NCBI RefSeq assembly: GCF_964204645.1
Contig: NC_134031.1
Coordinates: 13,503,807 to 13,567,806, forward strand
Direction: 5' to 3'
DNA: 64,000 bases
Source of the DNA: Tubulanus polymorphus
Taxonomy: Eukaryota > Animalia > Nemertea
Numbering within the stretch: position 1 is the first letter of the stretch; each line of letters starts with the position of its first letter. Below are positions 14,994 through 26,220 of the stretch, piece after piece. The position numbers were made by a program, and so were the translations under genes. The notes under the pieces were generated by a model. The model made no database searches and was not told where the DNA came from. It saw only the letters and a program-made list of their open reading frames with translations.

Positions 14994-16711
14994 AGTAGTA
15001 CCTAGTCGTAGTTCCACAAACATCGTCTAGGGCGAAAGTGCTCATATAAGGTTAATATTCGTCCCTCATTTTGAGGGATGAGGCTTTGAGCGTTTATTTC
15101 ACCCCTTAAAACAACATCAACTTACCTCAAACTGACTGTTCTGTAATCAAATGTAAGTTAACTATTGTTTGTGCATAAATTTGTAATCCTAAGTAGCTTT
15201 TGACGATCGTAGTAACTCGAAACTTTTGCCTAGTTGCCTCAAAAAATAGTTGAAGTGAAGCAACATAACACATATGGCGGCTTTTCGTGTTGCATGATGG
15301 GAGTATAAATTACGGATTCGGACTTGAACTTGGACTGACATTTGATGCCAATGCAGATATTATTCTGGTTTCAAATTCTTTAGGTAAAATTGACCAAATT
15401 GTATGCGTTTTATCAACAAAAAATAACATTTAGAGTAATTTTAGAGAGACATATTGAATTTTCACATTTTATCAATTTAGTCCGTATTGGAAATCCCGAT
15501 TGTGGCAATCAATTCAAATCAAATCAATAAATTCTCTGGTTCACGATTTATATCATCAAAAATATTATTATAAAACAAGTTTTTTAAGACAACAAGGTAA
15601 CTAATTAATTTATTTGAGTACAAAGGTTTGATTTGACACTAAAATCAGTTGTTGCATTGTAATTAACAGGAGTTAACCTCTATATGATACTTTAGCGTCA
15701 GGTTGTAGGGAACAACGACTGGTATTCAGACTAGAATTGAACATGATGCTGATGAGTCCATGAACAATTTTTAGGTCCCTTGGCTATTGGTGTCCCGTAA
15801 CGAATTTCATTTTGGAAAAATAACTTTGGTTTACCATGTACGTAGAAGCTTCGTTCTCACACTTGGGGCCACGGAAGGAGTTGACTGTTTGGTTTTGTGA
15901 TCGGTTTTCGCAGTATACAACTTATTTGTAATAATAAATGTTAGATCAAGTTTATTGCGCTGTCCAATATTTCCGTCATTTGATGTAAAGAAATGACAAT
16001 GGATTCAAGGATTCCTTGAAAGATTATGGCTAGACTATGGCACATATTGACGGCACGGCACGGCACAGCTATGTCGTCGAGCACTGACGTGATTATGGAT
16101 AACCCACGCTATGATTGGTTGTTTTGGGAATGCCAGAGCTTTTGACGAAACTATGGGCAACCACTCTCTGGGCCTCCTGTTCTTTTTTAATTTTCAATGA
16201 AATGAATTTTGCCTACTAAAAGCAAATTAAGTACTTTAGTAAGTACTTTTATAAGTACTTTAGTAGCATACATGACAAATTGTTTACTTCACACCAGTTT
16301 GGCGAGCCACTGGACCATTGGTCCTTTATTTGTTATTTGGTACGGATGGCAATATTTCATTTGAAAACATTAATATACAGTCAGTTCGTTATAACTTGAG
16401 TCTTTCCCGCCCTTTTATGTCCATATTTGGAAATTTTTATCTTTTTTATTTGAAAAAAATTACAAAAATTTGTTTTAAATAGAAATCTGCCTGGTGCCGA
16501 GTTTCCACAAATCTGTTTTTTTTTAATAAATAAGAAAAAAACACCAACCTGCCTGGTTTCTATGGCGGGTGGAGAAAAAAGGTATCATTTATTCTAGCCT
16601 AATCTAGTTTATTTTTGTGTAATCATGTTTGAATGGACCTTGATGCAGTCAAACCACGTCATCCCAATCAGTATAATCTGATAAAATAGATTTTTCATCT
16701 TCTCTGGGCAT

Positions 16712-16895
16712 ATAGTGGAACTTCGTTTTGATGAAGTCTGATACAACGATTCATCGGATATAACAAATATATTTCGTCCCAATCCCAAATAAGAAAAATT
16801 AAAATTAATTTCCTACTGGATATAACACTACATGAATAGGTTATAACGAACTGACTTATTGGTCCTGTGAAGTTCGCTGTAACGAGGTTCCACTG
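16712..16895. mobile_element. Short degenerate MITE (Tc1/mariner-like termini)
   Basis: AGTGGAACTTCGTT ... AACGAGGTTCCACTG. Confidence 0.5.
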
Positions 16896-17703
16896 TTTTT
16901 AAAATCCATCTAGAAAATAGATGGTTTGATTCGGATAAATTTCGTAGGTCTACTGATCCGGATTAGGTTGGTTTACTGGTACGTATAACATTCGCACTAG
17001 TTTTGTAATATGAGAAAATGTTTTGGCTCTATGCGACAACATCAAATGCAGGGCACAAGCCCTTAACTCTTAAGGTCATACCTTCTCTACAGAATTGGAC
17101 CATTAGTTCCAACGGCTGTTACTAAGGCTGGCTTTAGTCCTTAGGTCATTACCCTACTAGCCAGCTCATTTCGGATTCTAAAGTATCCGTGTCTTGAAAT
17201 GATTACAGTTGTTGGTGCGTTATGAAAGCAAGTAGAATTAGGATAATCCTGCTCTTTAAGGCTGAAAACTGAATTCGCTTTTTCCAATTCTGATTGATTC
17301 CATCAAAATAGAAGCGTTTTAGTGACTGGAGATAGTAAGTTCATTTAATTATGTTTTCTGGGAAGGGAAATCCCTTTAATATGCTTATTTTTAGATTATT
17401 CGATAACGATAGCGGGTACGTACATCAGTGACTTCAATTGAATTTACCAGAAATCTCCTAGGTGTTTGTAAATATGTACTAATGAATTGAAACCAATGGA
17501 AGTGTTTGTGCATGTTCATAATATATATGGGGCTCTGCACTCGTGGCCGAAATTTCCTTCAACTGTATTCAACATTTCAATTGAACTGATAAGAGAGCTG
17601 AATATAATAGAATCCTTACATGGAATATTTTTTTATTGTGGTCTTTTTTGCTCTGAACTCATGTGCTAATGCAGGCTGTATGTCAACAGTTGCTTCCCTG
17701 TTC

Positions 17704-17871
17704 GGGGATGATTCATTTATTTCGTACGCATAAGATTTGAATTTTCAACCCCTCCCCCCCCCCCTCTGTACGCAAAATCGGCCATTTTTTCGTATACATT
17801 AAGCATTACAGTACGCAATTGCACTGACCCCTCACCCTCCCCAATGCGTATGTTATAAATGAATGACCCCT
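17704..17871. mobile_element. Short MITE
   Basis: GGGGATGATTCATTTAT ... ATAAATGAATGACCCC with internal poly-C tracts. Confidence 0.5.
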
Positions 17872-18333
17872 TACAAAATCGGTCGGGTCAGAAATGTATC
17901 TGCACTAGTACAGGGACACGAGATGTCCACTTTGTGATAGATGGATGAACTCACTGTAGATGTTCATGTGACCTAGCGATATTGAATTCAAGCCTACAGG
18001 GCCCGTGTAAAATACGGGGGATATGGTGAAGGAACATATTTCATTCGTTGGTTATGATTCGATCGGTGCTTCATTTTGACGTGATTTGATGAGCCGCTGG
18101 TTTAAGACAAGTGATAAGATATGCGGTGTTGTCATATCGCGGAAAGACGGAATCGCGGAATTTTCCAAAAACGCGGAATTTCTTCATTTGTACTATAAAT
18201 AGTAAACGGGTTTTCCCACGGGGATACCCACTGTCGGACAGGGCACCGGACGCAGGTTTTCAACACCGGGAATTAGTATTTGATAATTTATTATATCGCC
18301 AGTCAACAACTTAACGATACTGTTCCAAATAAT

Positions 18334-19690
18334 GGTAAGCGATTTTTTCTACCGGCCACAGTTAGGTTTCGCACTGCGCATGTTCTGAATATACCGGAAG
18401 TAAACAAACCGTGACGTACGCGGAAGTAAAGCACATGGCTAGTCAAAAGTCAATTACAGTGTCAATATATGTTACTCTGCGATGATAAAATCGAAATTTT
18501 CAAGTAAAAATCTAAAAAGATTTCCGATCCGTTTCCTTCTATGACAGCTTGTAAATATTGAGACAAAAAAATAAAATGGAATTCTACATATAAAATGAAT
18601 TTAATGTGTTTATTTCTTATGAATTTAAAGTGTTTATTTCTTTACTTAGTAAAGTACTGCTTGCAGAAAATACATTTCCAATCAAAATTTCAAATTATCT
18701 TTCGGTTGAAAGTATGAGGTAGACACACCACATGGTACCATCGATAGCAATAGTTGCATCCTACCTAGAAAAGAAATAACAAAACTATATATTGATTAAT
18801 ATTCATTTATATATGGGTGCTTCTGTCTTAACAATCAAAGCACAAAACATGACTTTGACCCTCCCTGCAATTACCAGCCATAATTCCCTTGGTACATTGT
18901 ATATTCTTTTGGTCTTTTTAATTTATCTCACTTAAATCTATTCAAGTTATACTTACCCAATCAGAAGACTTGCCATTTTCATTTCCACAGACATGGCATC
19001 TAGGATAAAAGGAGAAAGATAGCCAATCAGTTTGTGTAAGCCTACAGTATAAGTACACTATTGGGACAAATGGAAAACATGGCATAATAACAAAATTGGT
19101 TTTATAAAGAATGGAACTTTCACCAAATTTGAGTTAGATTGGGAAAATTTGTTCTCTGAAATGGCATTTAGCGAGCACTGGCATTAAAAAGGATCGCATT
19201 ATAATGAACTTTGAATTTAATAGCTATAAGGTAGAGGGCCTACCTGATTCATTAACTAGTGCAGCGGCTTATGTCCAACGATGTGAATTTGCATTTACTG
19301 TTGAAATGTGTATGATTTTATTGTATTTCTATTAGTATATGGCTTAGCCATTGGCAAAAAATCATGACTTACTTTTTCGTTGTAGTCCGTTGTACTTGTA
19401 CTGTAGTTAGGCCTATAAAACAGTTAAAAACCACGGTCCACGATACACGTACCTGTTCGACCAAAATTTGCTGTCTGCCTGACTTTGCAAAACTTCAAGT
19501 ACTCTTTCGAGAGATTTATAGTATCCGAAAAGTTCGACATACGACATCGTTACAACCAAATTATACCGCGAACTCAATTTAATTCAACTGAACTTTACTT
19601 CCGCGTGCGTCACGGTTTGTTTACTTCCGGTATATTCAGAACATGCGCAATGCGAAACCTAACTGTGGCCGGTAGAAAAAATCGCTTACC
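18334..19690. mobile_element. Nested Mutator-like element with ~95-bp TIRs and perfect 9-bp TSD, carrying PHD-finger exons
   Basis: CCAAATAAT|GGTAAGCG ... CGCTTACC|CCAAATAAT. Confidence 0.88.
18642..18999 (-). pseudogene. Two-exon PHD-finger fragment (exons 18999-18957 and 18764-18642)
   Basis: Spliced translation CHVCGNENGKSSDW|VGCNYCYRWYHVVCLPHTFNRKII*NFDWKCIFCKQYFTK* gives a C4HC3 pattern; canonical GT-AG sites; one in-frame stop. Confidence 0.8.
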
Positions 19691-19697
19691 CCAAATA

Positions 19698-19787
19698 ATG
19701 GAGAACCTAGGCAATACGTGCTTTGCGAATTCAGTGATACAGAGTATCGCTGCATTAACTGAAGGAATACAAATCGATGGTACGTAA
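19698..19787 (+). pseudogene. Ubiquitin-specific protease (USP/C19) Cys-box fragment
   Basis: MENLGNTCFANSVIQSI matches the GLxNLGNTCFxNSxLQ catalytic Cys box; no His box recognised. Confidence 0.65.
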
Positions 19788-20687
19788 ACGTAGGATTTGT
19801 GATGACACCATGGGTCGGTGGTCATTCTCCAGGACTCAGTTCCGAGTTAAGATTTGACTCTGGTCTCTGGATTTAAAACATTGGAAATGAATTGATTCTA
19901 AGTAACTCAGAGTTAACTCACAACTGTGGAACTGGATCGATGTCAGACGAAAATAAATAGACATTATGTATATTTCATTCTGGCTTAGGATTGTTCATGC
20001 GTGTTGTGTGTCTACATTGTTGTTATAATGCAAATGTGGTTTATCTTTTAGAATTAAATGATATGAAAGATAATAAAATGGTTTCGTTAATTTTTTTAAT
20101 GTTTACTTTGTGACTGCTATAACATATATGTTCCTATGCTGATTATTTGGATAAAAAGAATCTTATTGGTACCGGTACTGGACGGCCGTAAAATTATAAT
20201 AATTTCAAAGGAATTTGAACCGGTACTTGTTTGGTCATGTTTCATGTTTGCAACCATCTACAACTACGGTCCGACACCGCGAACGTGCTCAATATTTATC
20301 TGATAATATTCGTTTCTGAAGTTCTCAAAAAGTCGATGAACTTTGATAACCGAAGTTTGCCTAGTAGAAATAGACATTAGGTGCCTGGTCTCTCTCACCA
20401 CACTTGATTCTGACTTCTTCTAAAGGTGGCAGCCAGTCAACGGTATCGTAATATAATAATTCCATATAAAATTGCCTGCAAATAATGGGATTCGAACCTA
20501 ACTCGTTGCATCGATCGGTCCGGTGCCCTGTCCGACAGTGGGTATCCCCGTGGGAAAACCCGTTTACTATTTAAAGTAAAAATAAAGAAATTCCGCGTTT
20601 TTGGAAAATTCCGCGATTCCGTCTTTCCGCGATATGAAAACACCGTAAGGTATACCGGGCGACTGGATTACTGACCGACTGGATGCC

Positions 20688-21285
20688 AGTAATAGGGATA
20701 ATAGGCTTTCAGATCAAAGGTCGAACGGTCGAGCTCATTAAAAAACAAAACATTAAAAGTAATTAAAAACTATAATATATTTTCATAACCGTGTGCATTT
20801 TATATTGAAAACTAAATATTTATTCTAAGATATCAATAATTTAAAAAGCATATTGTATTAAATCAATTGGTCGCTCCACTTCGCTACCGCTCCGCTCCGC
20901 GACCAATTGATTTATTTACAATACACAAATTCATATAATCAAATATATTCAAATGATAATAATTATTCTATTATTCAACTGAAATACACACGGTTATGAA
21001 AATATATTATAGTTTTAAATTACTTTTAATATATGTTTTTAATGAACTCGACCATTCAACCTTTAACCCGAAAGCCTATTATCCCTATTACTCTTAAAAT
21101 ATTCATATATATGAATAAAATATAAATGAATAACTTCTAAAATCAATTTTAATAAAAAATTTAGTATTAAAATGGAAGCAAATAAGTACTACTGTCCAAC
21201 ATGTAATATCAATGTAGATAAATCCCAAAAAGCAAGACACAATAAAACTAAAACACATTTAGAGAATAAATTGAAACTAGAATAT
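20688..21285 (+). repeat. Left TIR (598 bp); 20688-21092 is an imperfect palindrome
   Basis: Reverse complement of 38044-38631 apart from a few substitutions and a 10-bp indel. Confidence 0.93.
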
Positions 21286-21423
21286 TTACAGTTATATTCA
21301 GAACAGTTAACAAAAGCAAAGAAATTTATTGAATTATGGAATAATGATCCAAATAATGAACAATACGTTGAGGAATTTGATATCAAGGATCTGATGTTTA
21401 TACTAGAACATGATTCTATTTGA
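21172..21423 (+). CDS. Chimeric short ORF: pPolB N-terminal zinc finger fused to a copy of the HNH protein C-terminus
   Basis: First 38 aa match the ORF starting at 38157(-); LQLYSEQLTKAKKFIELWNNDPNNEQYVE matches the end of ORF 22765-23091. Confidence 0.7.
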   Translation: MEANKYYCPTCNINVDKSQKARHNKTKTHLENKLKLEYLQLYSEQLTKAKKFIELWNNDPNNEQYVEEFDIKDLMFILEHDSI

Positions 21424-22426
21424 GCCTATATACATTCAATGTACAGAGCTATGGAATAAATCTATAAATTCACAGCTGTTACAGCTGTTACTATGACACC
21501 GAGACTTATGACTCATTATTACAAACGTGCAGAGAGAGAACACTCTAGAACCGGAACCAGATGACGTGGCAAGAAATGAATATACGCTGTAATATTGTGC
21601 TCAGGATATTCTATCTTTCGAAACGAAATTAGGAGTTTATAGTTTACAATTATAAATCTAAATGTAAGTACTGTTTGTTGTAGTTATTAAGGCTATTAAA
21701 TATGAAACCTTTAGATATATTTAAGTGTATTTAGTATATCTTTTAGATGGCTAGAGTTACCGCTAATATCTTTTAGATTAATAAAACGCCATACGCATCA
21801 AGAAGTGATAGAGAAACTCAAGATACTCTTTCTGACTGAGGAATCAACAGCAATGGATATCGAACCAATAGAATCACCAAAAGATCGACGAAGAAACTAT
21901 ATAAGAATTTCAAAAACATTAAGACTCCAATGATTAAGTTTAATATTTGTTGATGTAGTTAAATATTTACCGGCAATTGAAAAAATGTTTGTAATTATAA
22001 ATTGTATTTATAGAAATCAAATGATTTATTGGAAGAAACGACTGAACAACTTGTATAATGTATTGTGTAAATCTACTTGGTGAATGTTCTATGTTCGGTC
22101 GTTTCAATTATGATTAGCGCATGCGCATTAAGCAAAAACGCTCCTATAAGAGCGGTTTTGCCTAGTGCACATGCGTTTTGATATTTTATGTCGGTCGTTT
22201 CTATTTTACAGAATTTACAGAATGAATATATAATTATGATTAACGCATGCGCATTAAGCAAAAGCGCTCCTATAAGAGCGGTTTTGCCCAGTGGTATTAT
22301 TTAGATATCAAGGAATCGAAACAACTTATCAAAAGCAACGAAGAATGAAAAAGGATGACGTTGGTCGAAGAAATGGAAGAGGATTCTAAAATATTAACCA
22401 ATTTAGTAAAAAAATATGTATAATAA

Positions 22427-23091
22427 ATGGAACCAGAACAACCACAAACTATCAATATTACAAATAACACTGGCGTTATAAATATATATTACAAGAAGTG
22501 TTCTAAATGTGAATTAGATAAATCATTAACAGAATTTAGTAAGCGTAAGATTAGCAAAGATGGTTTTCAATATTGCTGTAAAACTTGTTTTAAACTATAT
22601 ACCAAACAATACCGAGAAGATAATATAGAACATTATAATTATTATATGGCAGAATATATGAGAGAAAGATATCAAACAGATCTTAATTTTAGATTGAAAC
22701 AATGCTTAAGGACTAGATTAACACAATTATTCAACAAAAAACGCATTCAGAAACACTATCTAATTTGTTGGGTTGTACAGATGAATTCTTAAAATCATGG
22801 ATAATATTTCAATTCGATGATAAAATGAATATAGATAATCATGGGGATTATTACCATATTGATCATGTGTTACCAATATCTAAATCTAACGTGAATGATG
22901 AATACAATAAAAAACTTATTTGGAATTGGAAGAATTTAAGACCTTTAGAAAAGAAAGAAAATCAAATCAAATCTAATAAACTAGATTTACAGTTATATTT
23001 AGAACAGTTAACAAAGGTAAATAAATTCATTGAATTATGGAACAATGATCCAAATAATGAACAATATGTTGAATCTTTATTGAGTGGTTGA
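22427..23091 (+). pseudogene. HNH endonuclease with N-terminal CxxC...CxxC zinc module (one frameshift at ~22745-22790)
   Basis: KKCSKC...YCCKTC; LGCTDEFLKSWI...YHIDHVLPIS...NWKNLRPLEKKENQIKSN, an architecture typical of large-DNA-virus HNH nucleases. Confidence 0.8.
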
Positions 23092-23316
23092 AGAATAATA
23101 GAATTTAAATAAAATATAATAAAAATTACATACCTTCAACTATCTATTATTTCTATTTTAATTTTTAATATTTTCTTTTCAAAAAAGAATACTTTATATC
23201 ACAAATAAAAAATACTAAAAAAACAATAGCTAATACTAGAATTCTTTAGCTTTAACTAGCTAGTATCATTTGAAGAATACTTATAATATTTTTGTTGCTT
23301 TTTTTCTCTAATATAA

Positions 23317-23919
23317 ATGTCAAAGAAATCTAATAAGAATAGTATTGATATTGAAAAGACATTAGATGATTTGGGTATAAGTGATAATAAAGATACAGTT
23401 GTAACTAATTGTGCTCAAGTTAATTGTAATATTGATTATGAATACTATTTATATTGTAAGCATCATCTTGAATTATTAATTGCTGGCGGGAAATCTAAGG
23501 AGTTTTTAAATAGAATCATTACTTTTCAAGAACTAGATGCTATGAAACCAGATACAGTAATAAAATATTTTAAGATTTATGAAGAGGCAAGATTAGCTAA
23601 AATAAATGATTCTATTTCGAATGGTATTGTCAAATGTTATTCTAAGTTATGTAACCAGTTAATACCAATTGATGATGAAAATAAATTATATAGTGATTTG
23701 AAAAATGACTACTTAGTTATGACTGAATTACAAAAATGGGTTGGATATGCTTCATTTCAATTAGGATCGGTTATGACATTAATTTCTACTGGCGTCATAA
23801 CATTTTCGAACATCAAACCTATGGAATTTAAATCAGGTAAGAACGAAACAGATGTACTACAACCAAATGGTGAAACAGAAAATGAATCAGAACAAAAATT
23901 AACTAAAATAAATGAGTGA
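23317..23919 (+). CDS. Conserved Polinton protein of unknown function (ORF-A)
   Basis: Intact 200-aa ORF with TAAATG start; clear homolog at 50226-50834. Confidence 0.8.
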   Translation: MSKKSNKNSIDIEKTLDDLGISDNKDTVVTNCAQVNCNIDYEYYLYCKHHLELLIAGGKSKEFLNRIITFQELDAMKPDTVIKYFKIYEEARLAKINDSISNGIVKCYSKLCNQLIPIDDENKLYSDLKNDYLVMTELQKWVGYASFQLGSVMTLISTGVITFSNIKPMEFKSGKNETDVLQPNGETENESEQKLTKINE

Positions 23920-24310
23920 TGGCGTTAAGAAAAAGGCTAGATCCGAGAAACAAATTAAATGGGCAAGAGAATTAGGTAAAAGATCTTCAGAATTAAAAAA
24001 AGCTAAGAAAAAGAAATTAACTGATATAAATGAATCACAGAAATTATCTGATATTGATTCGAATGATAATCCATCTAATTCTTCTAATGCTGGAAGTAAT
24101 TATAAATTATATGTTACAATTGGATTAGTAACACTTATTATATTATCTGGTGTAATATATAAATCAAAATTCAAATCTGATGATAAATATGATTCAAATG
24201 ATGATCGGAAACTTAGTTATCCGTGTACAGACAGTAAACCTATCATACCAGAAAATAAGTCAAATTATAAAGCCATTGAAACTAAATCTAAATTATTATT
24301 AATGGATTGA
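23912..24310 (+). CDS. Basic single-pass membrane protein (ORF-B)
   Basis: Lys-rich N-terminus, TM segment LYVTIGLVTLIILSGVIY; homolog at 49925-50293. Confidence 0.75.
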   Translation: MSDGVKKKARSEKQIKWARELGKRSSELKKAKKKKLTDINESQKLSDIDSNDNPSNSSNAGSNYKLYVTIGLVTLIILSGVIYKSKFKSDDKYDSNDDRKLSYPCTDSKPIIPENKSNYKAIETKSKLLLMD

Positions 24311-24316
24311 AAGAAG

Positions 24317-25447
24317 ATGAAAAAAGAACAATATTTAAGAGATTTATATTATAACCCAGAAAGTGAAGTATCATATTCTAACGTTTCAGAATTATGGAAT
24401 AAAATTAAATCTGATAATGAAAATGGTGATGGTGCTGTATGGCACCCACATGGTGATATAAAATATAGTGAATTAAAATCATGGTTACAAAATCAACCAA
24501 CATATCAAATCCACAAGAAAATGGATAAAACTTATTTAACAAGAAAAGTTATGGTTTCATATATCGATCAACAATGGCAAGCAGATTTAATTGACATGAA
24601 GAACTTAGAGGAATACAACAAAGGATATTTCTGGATATTAAATGTTATAGATATATTCAGTCGATACGCATGGTCAATTCCAATCAAAAATAAAACTGGA
24701 ATAGAAGTAACAAATGCTTTTAAATCTCTATTTAAAGAAGCTATTCCAGATAAGATACAATTTGATGAAGGTAAGGAATTTTATAACAAACATTTCAAAA
24801 AACTATTATCTGATAACGATGTAGATTATTTTTCAACACACTCAGATAAAAAAACATCTATTATAGAAAGATTTAATAAAACATTGAAAACTAGAATGTG
24901 GAAATATTTTACTGCTAATGAAACATATAAATATATCGATGAGTCTATAAATATATTAGATGATTTAGTGAAAGGTTATAATAATTCTAAACATAGTTCT
25001 ATAAATATGAAACCTATACAAGCTAGAAAAGAAGATAATTCGGAAATAGTTTGGAATAATTTATATGGCGCGTTTGTTACACATGATTTTGGAGAACCTA
25101 AATTCAAAATTGGACAACATGTTAGAATATCTAAATATAGAAAAACATTTTATAAAGGTTATACCCCAAATTTTACAGAAGAAATATTTAAAATTAAAAA
25201 GATAATATTAACTAAACCATTTGTTTATAAATTAGAAGATCTAAAAGATGAAGAAATATTAGGTTATTTCTATGAACAAGAATTATCACTTGTACCAAAT
25301 CCAGATGAAATAGAATACAAAATAGAAAAAGTATTGAAAACAAAAACTCTTAAAGGAAAAAAGTATTCTTTGGTGAAATATAAAGGATATGATGATAAAT
25401 TTAATGAATGGATTTTATCTAGTAAAATTAAAAGAATAAATGAATAA
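24317..25447 (+). CDS. Retroviral-like (rve) DDE integrase with C-terminal chromodomain
   Basis: QWQADLIDM, IDIFSRYAW, QFDEGKEF, IERFNKTLK; C-terminal YKIEKVLK...LVKYKGYDDKFNEWI; intact. Confidence 0.95.
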   Translation: MKKEQYLRDLYYNPESEVSYSNVSELWNKIKSDNENGDGAVWHPHGDIKYSELKSWLQNQPTYQIHKKMDKTYLTRKVMVSYIDQQWQADLIDMKNLEEYNKGYFWILNVIDIFSRYAWSIPIKNKTGIEVTNAFKSLFKEAIPDKIQFDEGKEFYNKHFKKLLSDNDVDYFSTHSDKKTSIIERFNKTLKTRMWKYFTANETYKYIDESINILDDLVKGYNNSKHSSINMKPIQARKEDNSEIVWNNLYGAFVTHDFGEPKFKIGQHVRISKYRKTFYKGYTPNFTEEIFKIKKIILTKPFVYKLEDLKDEEILGYFYEQELSLVPNPDEIEYKIEKVLKTKTLKGKKYSLVKYKGYDDKFNEWILSSKIKRINE

Positions 25448-26061
25448 AGATTTATTTATATTTGAACCGCATAATATGTTAGTTACTGGAGTAACCAATT
25501 GTGGTAAAACACATTTCATATTAGATTTGTTAGAAACTATTTATAAGAATCATTTTGATAATATAATATTATTCTGTCCTACTTATGAAATGAATAAAAC
25601 ATATAATAGAGATATAGTTAAAATAAAAAAGTTTATTATATTAAATCCTAAAACAGTAAAAGAAAATTTAGATAATTGTATAAAAATAGCAATTGATACT
25701 TATAAAGGATCAAATACATTATTCATTATAGATGATTGCGCAAATTTACATGATTCAAAAGTTAGAGAAAGTGAGTTATGTTATTTAGCTTTCTCTGGAA
25801 GACATTTTGGGATAACAACATGGGTTTTAAATCAAAAATATAATTCAATTGTTAAAGACTTTAGAGAAAACATTAGATTTCTAGTTTTATTTTATAACAA
25901 AGATAAAAAATCTATGCAACAATCATTGGAAGAAAATCAAATTATACCTACTGAATTACATGATGAGTATATGAATAAATATGAATAAATTAAAGAATAA
26001 TAAAGGTTCAAAATTATTACTGAGACTACAATTTCCATATGAATATAAATTTATAAAATAA
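25440..26061 (+). CDS. A32/FtsK-HerA-like DNA packaging ATPase; a 10-bp duplication truncates the C-terminus at 25988
   Basis: Walker A GVTNCGKT, Walker B FIIDD, GRHFGI..LNQ motif; ATGAATAAAT is duplicated at 25971-25990, and the remaining tail matches the second copy. Confidence 0.92.
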
Positions 26062-26077
26062 CTATTTGTATACCTAT

Positions 26078-26162
26078 GTATTAGATACCCTAATACCTGA
26101 TACCCCATTAGATACCCTAATACCTGATACCCTAATACCTGATACCCTATTAGATACCTTAA
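26078..26162. repeat. Tandem GATACCCTAATACCT-type repeats between convergent gene blocks
   Basis: About 6-7 units containing ATACC. Confidence 0.8.
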
Positions 26163-26220
26163 ATACTTAAAACCCCCTTTTTTATTTACTATTATTTTAT
26201 ACAATTTTCAACCTTTATTA

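Larger units (their letters stand above)
18124..20645. mobile_element. Non-autonomous DNA transposon with ~128-bp TIRs carrying a USP Cys-box fragment
   Basis: TIR 18124-18251 matches the reverse complement of 20518-20645; flanks TAAGATATG / TAAGGTATA are a possible degenerate 9-bp TSD. Confidence 0.8.

Noticed and set aside
21430-22080. Possible spliced gene in the left arm of the Polinton (GTAAGT at ~21664, TTTTAG acceptors)
   Set aside because: All frames contain stops and no motif is recognisable; it cannot be supported without RNA data or sister copies.
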